This document shows, piece by piece, positions 41,316 through 54,225 of a stretch of 64,000 bases of DNA (the stretch's first letter is position 1; each line of letters opens with the position of its first letter). The notes under the pieces are model-generated. The model was not told where the DNA came from. It did not search any database and saw only the letters and a list, made by a program, of their open reading frames with translations. The translations under genes were made by a program, and so were the position numbers. The stretch is from Enoplolaimus lenunculus (taxonomy: Eukaryota): the NCBI GenBank assembly GCA_030248215.1, contig JASANG010000611.1:372001-436000 (forward strand), in the 5' to 3' direction.

Positions 41316-44300
41316 CTACGTTTTGCTTGTTACACCAGACAATCCACCACGCCCGTGCACTGAACCTACAATTAGAGCATTTGCAACAATCAAAATGACA
41401 AATAGTCCAATAAATTTAACGCTTATGTTCTCAGGTTAACAGATTTCATGCTTAGTCTCTCTTATGAAGACATTGCCAACCAACAAACATCACTGACAGA
41501 TTTCTAATAGGTATTATTATATTCCTCATAATTTTTAGAATATCAAATATTGACCTAGTAAAAATACTTAATAATATCAATCAAATCTTTACAAAATGCG
41601 TGTTATAGAACCACATTGCCGCAAATACAAACCAGTATGTCAACTTTAACTCACCTTCAAATTCCGGAATTTCGCCAGGTTCTGATCCTCCCTGTAAGAA
41701 CCAAAACACACAGTAATCACCTTCGAAGAATTCTCTACTAGCAAGGAATGACAGCTACATAACTGCATGAAACGAAATGACAGCTACATAGCTGCATGAA
41801 ACGAGACCAGAAATAATAATTAATACAACGATTAAAGAGGAGATGCTCGGGGGCAAAAGCTTGATTTGGCGCGGTCTAACAGGACCTAAATTTTTTAGTG
41901 CAATTGACTCAACGCGCCTTGAAAATATGAGCAAGAATATGGTGTTTCCATCATGCAAAAACTTTATAAAACTTATACGTTTGTCCATTTTTCAATTATT
42001 TTGACAAAATAAAATACGTTTTCGGTTCCGGTTCGGGGGCAACTCTAAATTAAAGCTAGCTGTTTATTATGTTTTAATGCTGATACGCACATCATATAAG
42101 TATGGATATAATGGCTGGGTTTCTGAAATCTTACTTATGAATTTACTTGTAAGTGCTACATCGCACTCAAGTAGGGTTTCGGAAACCCAGCTGTTGTGTA
42201 ATGCTTTCCCTAAGCAATGGTTAGTGTACAGAAAAATGACCCCGCTGCCAACGGGGACAAATAAAATATGATCGGGGCACGACTTTCGGACCCATTTTTG
42301 CAAATATAACTGTACTAAACAAAAACAACTTGCCTCTTCCCCCTCTTCCGTTTTTTGTGCAGATGGTGAAGTGCCGTTTCCTGTCGTTGATTCGAGAATT
42401 GCATGTCGCGCTGCTGCCATCAATCCTTGACCAACTGGTCCTTGACCACGAAGCGGTGGCCGTTTTTGACGTACGACACCTGGTCCGGTGAGCAACGGAG
42501 GCGGAAACGCCCCATACCCGTCAGCTCCGGTGCTATCCGATCCATCGGCCCACGGTGTACCGTACATGGGGCCAGGCGGTGCCATACCTGGCCCAGCAAG
42601 TGGCAAGACTGGTCCGGGTCCACTGCTAGTGGCGGCTCTTGTAGCATCCATCCGTGGTGCCTGGCCTCCTCGGAAACGAGGCATATCCGAACGTGGCCCG
42701 GGGATTTGCGGCCGGTGACCGCCACCATAAGTGGCCGGAAATGGACCAGTACGAGTAGCGCCACGGCCGCCTCGTCTGACCGACGTGGGTGCATTTGGAG
42801 AGGGTCCACGAAATGCACGTGCGAACGGTCTTACTGCAAGCCCACGACCCCCATAGTAGTTAGTATTATTTGTATTGATACGATTACTATTATTAGAATT
42901 TGCTGAAGATAAATATTCGTCGTTGCTAACTTGATTACAATTGTCCCGTTGATTTTGATAATCGTATTCGGTGTAATAACAATCATCGTCCAGTTCCTCA
43001 TCAACATTAACTTGACACCGCCTGAAAAACTATTGTTTAATAGCAACACTGAAACAAATGCGTAAAATATGCATTTTACATCATACAAATAAGTTAAGGA
43101 ACAGCGTTTTCTAAAGCTGAAACGCAAAATCCCGTTGCCGGATTATGGCAACAACGTGCAACGAAACTGAATTTCTAAGTTTTTGAACAAATTTAAAATT
43201 GTAAAACTGGAACATCATTTGGTTCAATACGACAGTGAATGCAAAATTCACCATTCTGATACTGAGGCTGTCAAATTTTCTTGATATATATACATATATA
43301 TTTTTCATTTTTTTCTTTATAAGAAATTGTCATGTGGGCTACATGCTACATTTGCACCAAAATATTAGATATGTCGTTCACTCCAGTTAAGACGCGTAAA
43401 AAACATCCGGCGGAGGTACGGAATATGAACCCCCTTGGAATTTAATAAAAAAATAGTTCATTTTAAAGATTTCGACGTGTTGTGTTCAACGGTGCCATTT
43501 TTACCGCTGCAGGGTCCCCGGGTCTTCAGTTAGCTCCCTTTAAATTTTAAGTTTTTACCACATAAAACATGTACAAACAACAATCAAATTTGTGTGCAGA
43601 ATAAACCTGGTTAAGCATCTACTTTACGAACATGTGACTGATAGATATTTCCTTTTTAAACACTGTGCGTGTTTACACTATAATTTCGAGGGCCATAAAT
43701 TATGAACCGTTAGTCATACAGCCATAAAAATGGTACCGTTGAATTTAGCGCGTCGAGATCTATAGAATGGACCAATTCTTATAAAAATCCTAGGGGTCCA
43801 GATTTCGTGCCTCCGCCAAACATCCGAGATTATACTACCGAACCGATAGCATTTAAGTAAATGTGGTGATAATGCTTTGTTATTCTAATAGAAACGTGTC
43901 AATGAATGTTTTCGGTCATACGAATAAAACGGAGGTTTTAAACAGAAAATTGTATTGGTAATGATGAGTACGTAAACATAGGGGTGAAGGTACGGTAGAT
44001 CGACCCCCCCTAGAAACTGTAAGATTATGCTGATTTCAAATCTGTTATTTATATTCTTGCAGGCCCTCTGGTTAAAAGATGTGCTTTCAAAGTTTCAGCC
44101 AATTTTACATGTAGTATATACAATGTATAAAACAAAAACAACGCTCAAGTGCGCCTGTGGTTGAGTGGTATGATCTTCGCATAGCGCAACAATTTTTCAG
44201 CTTTTGAGTCGCGGGTTAAAGTCCTACTGGGGGAACTAAAAATTGGAAAAACCAAAGTCAAAGTCGTTAATTTATTTTCAAAAGTAGCGTGCCCGTGCAA

Positions 44301-47300
44301 TACAAAGTAATATATTTTTCCACGGTTCATTTCCACGCTTTCCACACCTTTCGCGCCACATGAATTCGTCAAAGAAGTAAGGAATTATCCGACGGTGACC
44401 TGCGTATCGTGTTGATCTCTTAAGGCGACTCCAGTAGCTCTCGACGGCATTCGTGCACACCCCATTTGTCGGTTTACAAATTGCTGCGAATGGTTATCTG
44501 TTTGATGCACGTAAGGAGGATTCACGCCTGATAAAGTAGTCAGTCCGCGATAAGCACCCCACTCATCAGTCCATATAGTGGTACCAGGCCAAACATAGTG
44601 TTCAATAATCGACCAGAGTGTTCGAGCGTCACGCCTGTCAATTAGTGAAATAAACCCACGTTTTTGCGCAGTGTCGTGGATAACTAGAACCCATTGACAC
44701 GGTAGTGGACGTCCTTGTTTATATTTGCGCCGTGCCACGACACTCTCATCGATATGAACAACTACGCCAACACCTCCTAATCCAAAGGTATGTGGTGAGT
44801 TCTGCAGGTCGGTTTTGCAGAGATCACGTAGCTTATTATATCACTCTATGGCTGTTGCATTTCGTATACCTGAAAGGTTTACTGCAGATGTAACCGGCGT
44901 CTTGTGTGCCCAGTAGAAAATAATTTGGAGTAGATTTTGTAGACTTAAAGGTGACTTTGCGAACAATATACCAGTTCGAATAGACGTTCGTTTTCGGCAG
45001 CGCCAAACAAATCGATCACTGAACTACAAATATGAAAGGCGTTTCTTCACTGCCGGTGTGCAGGCAATTGGGGCTCATTTTGCAATACGCTTTAGCTCTT
45101 ACATAATTACTATTACAATCACATTTTCGCAAAGTATACTGAATGCTGCCTGGCACAAAGACTAAAAATGGTTTATTTCATTGATTAAATAATAAAATAA
45201 TTCACTTGATTCAACTGAACCTAGACGGTACTCTACAGCATTCTATCTGTTTTATCGCGCGAATATCCACTAACAACTCTATCAGCGATCTCTGATCTCG
45301 TCGTCCATGTTCCATACGTTGAAAATCTCGGAATATCGCGGAAAAAACGCCATTGTAAAAACAAGCTAATTGAAAAAACCGCTTCTTTCATTTTAGCGGA
45401 ACATAATTAATCTACATGTTCATTGCAATTTGGGAAACTTGCCAGTTTTTTATATGTTTTAACGATATAATTCAGGTACTTTATTTTCAAAACTTTTTAT
45501 TTTCTTTTTTTTTCAATTTTTAGTTCCCCAGTAGGACTTGAACCCGCGACCCAAAAGCTGAAAATCGTCGCGGTATGCGAACATCATCCCACTCCCCACA
45601 GGCGCATTTGAGCGTTGTTTTTGTTTACATTGTATATACTACATGAAAAATTGGCTGAAACTTTGAAAGCGCATATTTTTTATCCAGAGGGCCTGCAAGA
45701 ATATAAATAACAGATTTGAAATCAGCTCCCTCAAATACGTCGGAAAATCACATAATCTTACAGTTTCTAGGGGGTTGATCTACCGTACCTTCACCACATA
45801 GGGTAACACAGTGCTTCGCAGTTTTACGGGACACCTATGAACATATATCAACGCATACATGCCATCTACGTACTTCGGCATCTAAATTTTGGTAACACGT
45901 TGAAGGAATATATGTCTTTCATAATGAAAATTTGGACATTTCAAACACGCATATAAACGAAGCAATTTCTCAATTAAATGCAAACGTACATACAAAAATG
46001 TTAAGGCCCTAGTAGAATTAGCAGGCGATTGCAATGCCTCTCGTTCATTGGTATATAATAAATTGTAGACGCAGCATAACGCTTATTTTTCTAAGTAAAC
46101 TTGCTGCATAATAGAAAATAAAAAGCGTAAGAGCGCAGTGAACGTTTCGTGAGAAGGTTAATTTTGAAATAAAGATGGTCACATAAAACCATATATTCAA
46201 GGATTTGTGTTATAGTAGTGATGACGCCAACGAAGTGACAAAAGTTTTGGGCTCGGCAATATATGCAAACTTCAACCAAGTGCCACCTAATATAAATAAT
46301 TATACACGCTTAGAAATATAAATGCGGCTTAAAATAGGTATATATTTGTTGTATACTATTATACGAGCACTATATTAATACGGATAATTATTTCAGCAAT
46401 ATGCAAGCAGGCGTTGTGTAGCACCGATTCGCAGTGAACTGTGGCATAAACCAGGCAGGTATTACAAATAGTAATCAAATTACTATATTATATTATAATA
46501 TTCAACTATAATAAGGTATTAATCCTCTGAAAGTATATCGTGACGTAGGCATTGTAGCGCAACATTATAATCATAATTAAGATTATACGTTATATACTAT
46601 GATCGGCCAGCTCACAAAATCACCAAAAGCAGCAGAGCACAAAAACTTCATAATGTTGCGCTTGTTTCGATTAATATAAAAATGACCGTCTTGGAAAGCG
46701 CGTTTAGTGGTCATCTTAATTTGATGTGCCGATTAAACGGCATCGGTAATATCCGTACTTTTCGTGAGTACCACCAAAAAACTAAATTTTTTGCCGATAT
46801 CTTTTACACTTAGATCGATTTCATTAGCAGGCATATATATATCAAGGCGTTTGATCAGGTAACTGTGATGCCTCTGCCATTTATGTTTGAAAAAATAATT
46901 GGAATAAACCGCTCTAATACAATTACAACCGTTATGGTTGTTAGGGTTTAAGTCTTAATGTAATGTGTTATCTCAACGGTTCTTAAACCATAATGTATTA
47001 AAATTGAAATCGGCATCGGTAAAATTTGAATAATAATTAGCTTCGGTATCGGTTAACATTTTGATATCGGCACATACCTAATTTTTGCCATTACTGCATT
47101 GCTACCACTGGCCCTGTTTTGCTACTTGAACTTATAAAATTTCGAATTTTGGTTTCTGGCCAAACTGAACTTAGCCTACTTGACCTGCCTTTTCTCTCTA
47201 ACATTTACAGTACTTATACTTAAGCTACATAAACCATCCAGGTGTACAGTTAGCCAACTCATAAGAAGGCGGGTATGCATGTTTAATCCGATTAAGCAGC

Positions 47301-50300
47301 TCACTTAGCTTGATGTAAGTAAATGCCAAACTGACTTCAGAGAACTATCTTCAATAAAAATGAAATGTTAGTGTCTTTTATGGCAGAATCAATCTTCTCA
47401 GTCTAAAATCACATCTTACCCTCCTTTTTCCGTGGTATCGTGTTCCGGGCCCCACTGACCCAGACGTTCGCCAAAGGGTTGCTGACTTCCAGACTGAAAT
47501 CGATTAGCCTGATACTGCTTAAGATTAGAGTTAACACTGGCGGTACTGCCACCTGGCGTGTTGTGACTACTTAAAAAATTAGGTGCGTCCGACTGATGGT
47601 CGGCTAAATTCACTGCGGTCGAGACAGGCGCAGTTATGAGAGGCGAGCGATCACGTCCGCCTACGTGCCATGGTTTTGGACCTCCATCGTGCCCTGAACC
47701 AGTGGCAATGCTGCCATCATTGCCGCGACGACCTGTCCGGCTATATCGATCTCGATAGCTGGCGTCAGACTGATTGCTGTCGGTTTTTTCCGGCAGCGTT
47801 ATTAGCGGCGGAGGCATGTTACTGTGACATGTGGTGGTTTCGCCTCTGACAAAAATTGGACTCGGACGGCTTCCTGTACCACTGCCACGTCGAGGGAATT
47901 GACCACGCTGTTTGTTCGGAGAAAATGAGCGTCGACCGCGATGATAGGGATTCGATGAGCGGAATTCGCTAGACCCATCGTTTGCAGACTGTGCAGGAGT
48001 ATCAAGCATATTGATCGGTTGTTGTTGTCGATAAGGCGGCCCACGTGTACTGCGGGATTCATCGTAATACTGTGCACCGGAACGGTCTTGACTGCCTTTG
48101 GCTGGAAAATCTGGCTTACTTCGATTGTAATAATTAGCTAAAAATAAAAACACTGCAGTAACACAGAACACAACAACGCAAAAAATAAGGGCGCGTATTA
48201 ACCTGCGTAGCAACTGAAAAACCTATCGTGAACTGGTGATATGTGTGATACGCACTTGAGAATATGACCGTGTACGAGCCAGTAAATAAAACAATGAAAC
48301 TTACAATCGTCTAAATCTGCAAAACTGGTATGGCCTTGAGACCTTCGTCCAGCGTCGCTATTATATACAGAGGGCGGCACACCTGGCGGCACATTCTGTG
48401 GAGTCGAATAATCATAGTGAGGCTCAGCATTAGGATGACTTGATGGAGGTCCGCAGAGGTTACTACTCGGCTCAGTTAACTGCGACGACGCCATGTAATT
48501 TTGCGATACCAGTTGCTGGCCAGGAACATATGAAACCTGCTGACCCATAGGTACCACACCTGGACCTGCCGTCGTACCAACTGGCGGCGGTGCACCAGGT
48601 CCGCTCTGATACGGCATAGCTCCCGCAGCCACTGCAATTGGACCCCCTGACATGTGTTGTTGATGCGGTGGATAAATAATTCCGCCAGAATTAAATGATG
48701 ATAAATTTCCCATTGCTAAATGGCTATCGGCTGGCGCAACAGGCATGAAGCTAGTAGTAGGAACCGCAGCGCCTGAATGTTCGGCTATTGCCGTGGGAAT
48801 ACCTGCGTTTGAAACAGACATTGCCGACGGAACAGTTGATGGTGACGCGGCAGCAATCATTTGTTGCATTTGCATCATCATCATCTGCATCATCGGCAAC
48901 ATCATTGCCGTCCAATCCATCATGGACGACGACGATCCAGCAGCAGTGGTATCCATAGCATATCCTCCACCACTGGTACCAGTTGCTGCCATCATTGACG
49001 CCATAAGAGGATTGTTCATTGCTGCCGCTGGATTGATCATCATATTCATCATATCCATCGTGCCTGCAATCGAATGGTGATTTGAAAACGACACACTTAA
49101 TTATGATATAAACATATACGCCATCTTGCAAAACATTCAGCGATTGTTCAATGGCTGTACCGGGCAGGCATTCGCTGCAACTATGCAACCAATATAACAA
49201 CGAAATATATATGGTTAAATGTTCGGGAAACTTGTACGAAATTTATGGCACTTGCAATATCTTTGACGTGTACGTGTAATTATGAAAACAAATCACCAGC
49301 GGTATATTTTGTGATTTGATATTTGTCTTTGTGTGTTGTTAGAATTTTTCTAGTTTCATTGTTTGTATCAAAGATTAAAATTTGTTAATCTGCTTGACAT
49401 TTAAACCACAAAGAACTTGTTATGCCATATCAGACATCCAGACAGCAAACCAACACAGCAGTACGTAAGTTTAATTTTAAATTAAGGCATAAAATTTTAT
49501 AGAATGGCCTCGGTTTTAACACTGAGCTGAAAGAGTTACATTACTTGTATTAGCAGTTCCTGCTGCAGAACCGCCCATCATCTGCTGCATCTGATTAAAC
49601 ATCGCAGTCATATTTTCTAGAGTTGCAGTGTTTGAAGCGGAATTGGCGACAGTTGTTACAGGAGCACACGCATCAGATGCGCTGGTCAAAACCGAGGTAC
49701 CAGTATTTCTTGTTGTTGGCAGTTCGGACGGTTCAGTGGACTAAAGTATACACAGGAAGTTTATAGAAATTTAACCATTTTTTGTCATGCGTATGGCGGT
49801 TCATAACGCCTTATTTAGAGAACAATACATCACGAAATCAACATTTATAAGACAAAATCAAAATTCGGTAACCAATTGACACAATAATTAACCTTCCGTG
49901 CATTTAAAAAGATGCAAACGTTGAAAAATAAATTCATTTAAATGCAAACACTTAAAATTATTTCGAAATTGTCTTGTAACAGCATAAAAAAGGAGTGTTC
50001 CGGGGACAAGGCCACAGGGTGCGAGATATTCTGGTGCCATTGACAAGGCCAGAAAACCGATTCTTCAAAAGCTGAGCAACCTAGAAACAAGTAAAATCGG
50101 AAACTGCAGTGAACTAAGCAAGAATCCAATTTCAGTGACAACAATTATTAAATATTAGCAGTCTTCAAGATTTACATGTTTTTGGATTCGCAACACTCAG
50201 TCTGCAAATCTGATCACTGCTTAGGTCTTACTTAACCCAGAAAAAGTGTACTACTAACCGGAACTGTACCCATAGGCACAAATTTCGGTTGAGGGGCCTG

Positions 50301-52945
50301 TTCACTTCCATATGTGCCCGTAGATTTGGACGTTCCCGATGTTGCACATGAAGTCGTGGTTGTAGATAACTTCTTTTTAGGCTCTGGAATCCCCTTCATT
50401 TTTCTAATAGCCTGGCGACGCTTTTCAACTTGAGCCTCCCAGTCTTGCCATGACTGACAATACGCGTCGAACGCCTGCCGATCTGGATGGTCCCTGAAAT
50501 AAATGCATTCACATAAATTAAGTTTCGATACCAGGATCCAAGAAATGAATCTGGTCTATGATTAAAAAAATTGCATAACGAGGCGAGGCCAGTTGAGAGC
50601 ATTCCGACTAGTGAATAGGTTCTAGAATATATATATAGAAGAAGAGTTGACCAGTCAACTACACCCATGGATCAGGGTGCGAAGGGATATCCGGCTCCGG
50701 CAAAAAATCGGCATCCGGCTCCGTTATTCTAACTTACCACATGTTCTTTAAAAACTTCAACAAATGGAACTGATCCACTTAGATTGACTTACTTTAACAT
50801 ATTGATTCTGTCATACATGTGTTGTAAATCTTTGCATGTGTTTTTTTCACTACCCAATTTTAAATCGAGGACATGTGTGCGACATATCTGGCTTTGCATT
50901 ATCAGGGCACATCAGCATTAATTGTTTATTGTAGTGACATGACTTTTTTCGACTTTAATAAGTTCAAATATTTTCGATAAGGATGTCTACTTGCCAAATT
51001 GATTTATGTTGCCGGACACCCATATTAATTTTGAACTACCCTAAGTGAAAAAGTCTTAAAACTTAAGTCACCTCTACAATCATTCCCTACAAAAAACAAA
51101 CTCCCGAAAAGTAACACCGGTCTATTTAGATAACAAGGTAGTATAAGGCTAACGTTAGCCGTTATTTTCTTATCCGATACCAGCGTGTTTTGCTTCCTTT
51201 CGACTTTACTTATGTGTGCATATTGTGTCAAACGTAAACACTGCACAAAAGTGTGACAGAGCAACAGCAGAAAGAATATTTTTTAATATATAATACACAT
51301 ATGTATATATGAGGGTTCAATCGGTTGCCTGCCTCTGGCAAAAATCAGCATCCGGCTGCGGCTCAGGTATTCTACATTGCTGGATTTCACAATGTTTGAC
51401 TGCAAATTTTGTTCGGAATGATAAATAAGTAATTCGAGAAACTTAGTAGATATTAGTCTGAACTAGCGTTCTTAGTTTAACCTTTTGCTGAAATTAGCAC
51501 TTGAAGATCCGGCTCGGTTCGCAAAAAAACTCGCTAAGGCACGCTTTTGAAGAGTTCACTAAAAAGTGAAACAATAATTAATAATTGGGTGTTGAAATTT
51601 GTTTTAAATTCCCTTGTTTTTCTTCCACTGTGGGACCTCCACTAATTCTACTCGGCACCCATGTTTTTCTTGCCCAGTTTCATTCCAGGGACATGAAACA
51701 AAAATTTAACATATAACAACAAGAAGTCTGAACTAGCGTCCTTATGTTTATCAACCTTTTACTGAAATTAGCACTTAAAGATCCGGCTCGGTTCGCGAAA
51801 AACTCGCTTAAGGTACGTTTTTGAAGAGTTCACTAAAAAGTTAAACAATGATTGGGCGTTGAAATTTATTTTAAATTCCCACGTTTTTCTTGAACTGTGG
51901 GACCTCCACTAATTCTACTCGACACCCATGTTTTTCTTCCCCTAGTTTCAATCCATGGACATGCCAATTGGTTCTCTCCCTGTACATTACGACGTGCATG
52001 TGTGTATCAAAATCAAACACTGCACAAGTTGTGTGCATACTGCATTGCATGTATGTGTGCCAATACTAAACAAAGCATAAAGTGTGACTGAGCAGCAGCA
52101 GTAGAACAATTTTTTGATAGCAAGTAGTACTTTTATGCGTGATAATGGTTAGCTTTTCGCCACAGTCCGCGAAAAACTCGCTTAAGGCGCGGTTTTGAAC
52201 AGTTTACTAAAAAGTAAAACAATAATTGGGCGTTCATGCCAGCGCCTAAATCGAGGGCATATTTTAAATGCAATCCTGATTGGACTTCATGCGTCTTGCA
52301 GAACTGAATAAGAATCTAATGCTTTGGATATGCGGAAACATTACAAAACGTAAACTTGCATATAGCAAAATTTTTACCCAATATAGAAAACATCGTTTCC
52401 ACTATTAGTTTCATTTCGCAACAAAAACGCGTTTCTAGTTTTAGCAGTAACTCGTCCTTTTGACATAATCTATTTCATTTATACAGAAATATAGTTCGCA
52501 CCGCAGGCATGGTAGTCTCGGTCTCGGCAAGCCTCGATATTTGGCAGGTCTCGGTCTCAGTATTCAGTTCTTTGAGTCTCGGTGGTTGGAACCGTGACAA
52601 GTAGCCAAGGAGTCAGGAAATATATAGCGGTATTAATTTTTGAAGTGATGCCTAATAAATAAAATTTCGCTGAGAATCTATGAATTTTCATAGCTACGCA
52701 ATAATTATGAGTGGATATTCTGAAAAATGCAAAACTACAAAAAAAGCATTACAGAAATTCCGGCTTCGGAGAAGCTTTCATGTATAGATCACACGACTGT
52801 AAAGTGGTCCTACGTGAATCAATATAATTAGGCTCCCTACATACAAACAATACACTTACTTGTTTTGTTCCCGCCATGATTCAAACTGCTTCTTATACTC
52901 GTTGTACTGCTTATCCAACTCCACCTCGTCCATAATTTCTGCCAT
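41316..52945 (-). CDS. Low-complexity protein (about 922 aa) with a YLPM1/ZAP3-like N-terminal helical motif and Met/Gln/Pro-rich and RGG regions. Exons 52945-52860, 50493-50259, 49740-49545, 49063-48305, 48137-47420, 43021-42334, 41691-41655, 41365-41316
   Basis: Eight exons join with consistent phases (2,0,1,1,2,0,1). The N-terminus MAEIMDEVELDKQYNEYKKQFESWREQNKDHPDRQAFDAYCQSWQDWEAQVEKRR resembles the 'F..W...N.HPD..Y..Y...W' motif of invertebrate ZAP3/YLPM1-like proteins. Intron 42333-41692 has a GC donor. The first and last exons are the least certain. Confidence 0.72.
43408..43817. mobile_element. Inverted-repeat element with ~100-bp arms
   Basis: GGCGGAGGTACGGAATATGAACCCC...TTCAACGGTGCCATTTTTA (43408-43505) is mirrored by TAAAAATGGTACCGTTGAA...GGGGTCCAGATTTCGTGCCTCCGCC (43725-43817). 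Confidence 0.75.
43983..45795 (-). mobile_element. Merlin (IS1016/ISXO2-like) DNA transposon, about 1.8 kb, with ~270-290-bp TIRs; intronic
   Basis: The left end GGTGAAGGTACGGTAGATC (43983) is the reverse complement of the right end GATCTACCGTACCTTCACC (45795). Inverted similarity runs from 43983-~44250 against ~45505-45795. Flanking direct repeat ACATAGG(G), 7-8 bp. Internal transposase remnants. Confidence 0.9.
44278..45025 (-). pseudogene. Merlin/ISXO2-like DDE transposase pseudogene
   Basis: Reads FVWRCRKRTSIRTG...IE*YNKLRDLC...GGVGVVVHIDESVVARRKYKQGR...RRDARTLWSIIEHYVWPGTTIWTDEWGAY...HQTDNHSQQFVN, then frameshifts to GVCTNAVESYWSRLKR...FDEFMWRE. In-frame TGA at 44843-44841 and a frameshift near 44465. 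Confidence 0.88.
46722..47080. mobile_element. Degenerate hAT-type MITE with ATCGG subterminal repeats
   Basis: GATGTGCCGATT at the left end and ATCGGCACATACCTA at the right end; GGCATCGGTAA repeated near both ends. Confidence 0.55.
51455..51963. repeat. Tandem duplication, period ~270 bp, with a third partial copy at ~52168-52235
   Basis: AGTCTGAACTAGCGT...GATCCGGCTCGGTTCGC...GGGACCTCCACTAATTCTACTCG at 51455 and at 51725. Confidence 0.85.
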
Positions 52946-53587
52946 CTAAAGTACCAGTTACCCATATTTATTACAAGAGCTAAATACTACTACCCGGTAA
53001 CTAGTTGATCCACCACTACACGATATATTACTCCTAAATCTCAAACACATGAACAATCTTGAAATCCTTTCGGAATACGGCCAAAATATCTAAAGCAGGC
53101 ATCCAAACCGCTAATGTATCGCGAAGTATTAAAATAAATTCTTCAAAACGTCGGGGACCTACGAAAAAGTTACCGGTTTATTACCTTTGAGCTTTGCAAA
53201 ATTGGCTCTGTGCATCAAACTTTTATAAAATGAGCCACTTTTTATTTATATAATACTTTAAGAGCTCCATATTTTGTACCTTCGCCGCCTTTACGCGCCA
53301 GGTGCTAGTTTTATGTCGGTTTTGATGTGACCGAAAAAGTCAAATCCCATATTACATTTTTTAAATTCTACATCATTACCCTATATAATATACTAACAAA
53401 CATCAGACAGTTTAATGTGCTTACAACGGGTTTCATCCAAATTGAAACATTATTCTTTATCAAATACATAAGAGAGACATATGTATATAATGGTTTGGGT
53501 ACTATATGCCTCCATGTGTACTGTGTATTGCAAGCATGCGAGACATGCTTGTCCTGTAGCATTGCAGTATATGCAATGCACATTGTA

Positions 53588-53863
53588 AAGCCCTGTTCAC
53601 ACGTGCAAGTTTTTGCTGCGAGAACTTGAAGCTGCAACTTTCACATACAAGGTTTGTCCAAAAAGTCGTTCGAAAAACTTGTAGCTGCCAATAATTCATT
53701 AAAAATCAAAGCTAGTAATTCAGTTCAGACGTGTGAACAACCACACAAGTTCACTGAATTTATTGCAGTCGCTTTCTTATTGGCTGATGTAAAAATGACA
53801 GATTTCTTGCAATTTGCAGCTGCAAGTTCTCGCAGCAAAAACTTGCACGTGTGAATAGGGCTT
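53588..53863. mobile_element. MITE with ~50-bp near-perfect TIRs (PIF/Harbinger-like terminus); older relative at ~63359-63640
   Basis: AAGCCCTGTTCACACGTGCAAGTTTTTGCTGCGAGAACTTG / CAAGTTCTCGCAGCAAAAACTTGCACGTGTGAATAGGGCTT. Flanked by TA (or TAA/TTA, depending on the boundary chosen). Confidence 0.85.
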
Positions 53864-54148
53864 TAGTCAAGTTCGAGAGGCGGGCTACGTAACGCAGTCG
53901 CAGCAATTGCTGGAAGTAACCATATCGCTCAGTGCGTGAATGAACTTCATGCCTTATGTATGCATGTGTACGAGTGTGAATCAGGTGATGTAAACATGCA
54001 AGACACTGCCGTAGAGCTCGTAAAATATCACCACCCGCTGCGGTCTACAACTGCGTCACGCACAAAGCATTTCGAACTTATTTGAACGCCAAACGTCAGC
54101 CAAGGTAGGAACCGGGACATCAGACCTTTCAACTAAGCAGCTGGAAAA

Positions 54149-54225
54149 GCGGGCTAGAGCGGGGATCGAACTCTAAGCCTATAGATCCTTAAGCGAGCAC
54201 ACTACCACTGCGCCACGTAGCCCGC
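54149..54225 (-). other. tRNA-like (pseudo-tRNA / SINE-head) sequence
   Basis: Minus strand reads GCGGGCTACGTGGCGCAGTGGTAGTGTGCTCGCTTAAGGATCTATAGGCTTAGAGTTCGATCCCCGCTCTAGCCCGC. It has an A box, a B box and an 8-bp terminal stem, but the anticodon stem does not pair. Confidence 0.7.

Noticed and set aside
48138..48213. Signal-peptide-like start of ORF 47416-48213 (MLRRLIRALIFCVVVF...)
   Set aside because: This is the intronic pyrimidine tract. The acceptor TTTTTAG at 48138 fits the phase of the upstream exon.
54149..54225. Functional tRNA gene
   Set aside because: The anticodon stem does not pair and the T stem is imperfect; kept only as tRNA-like.
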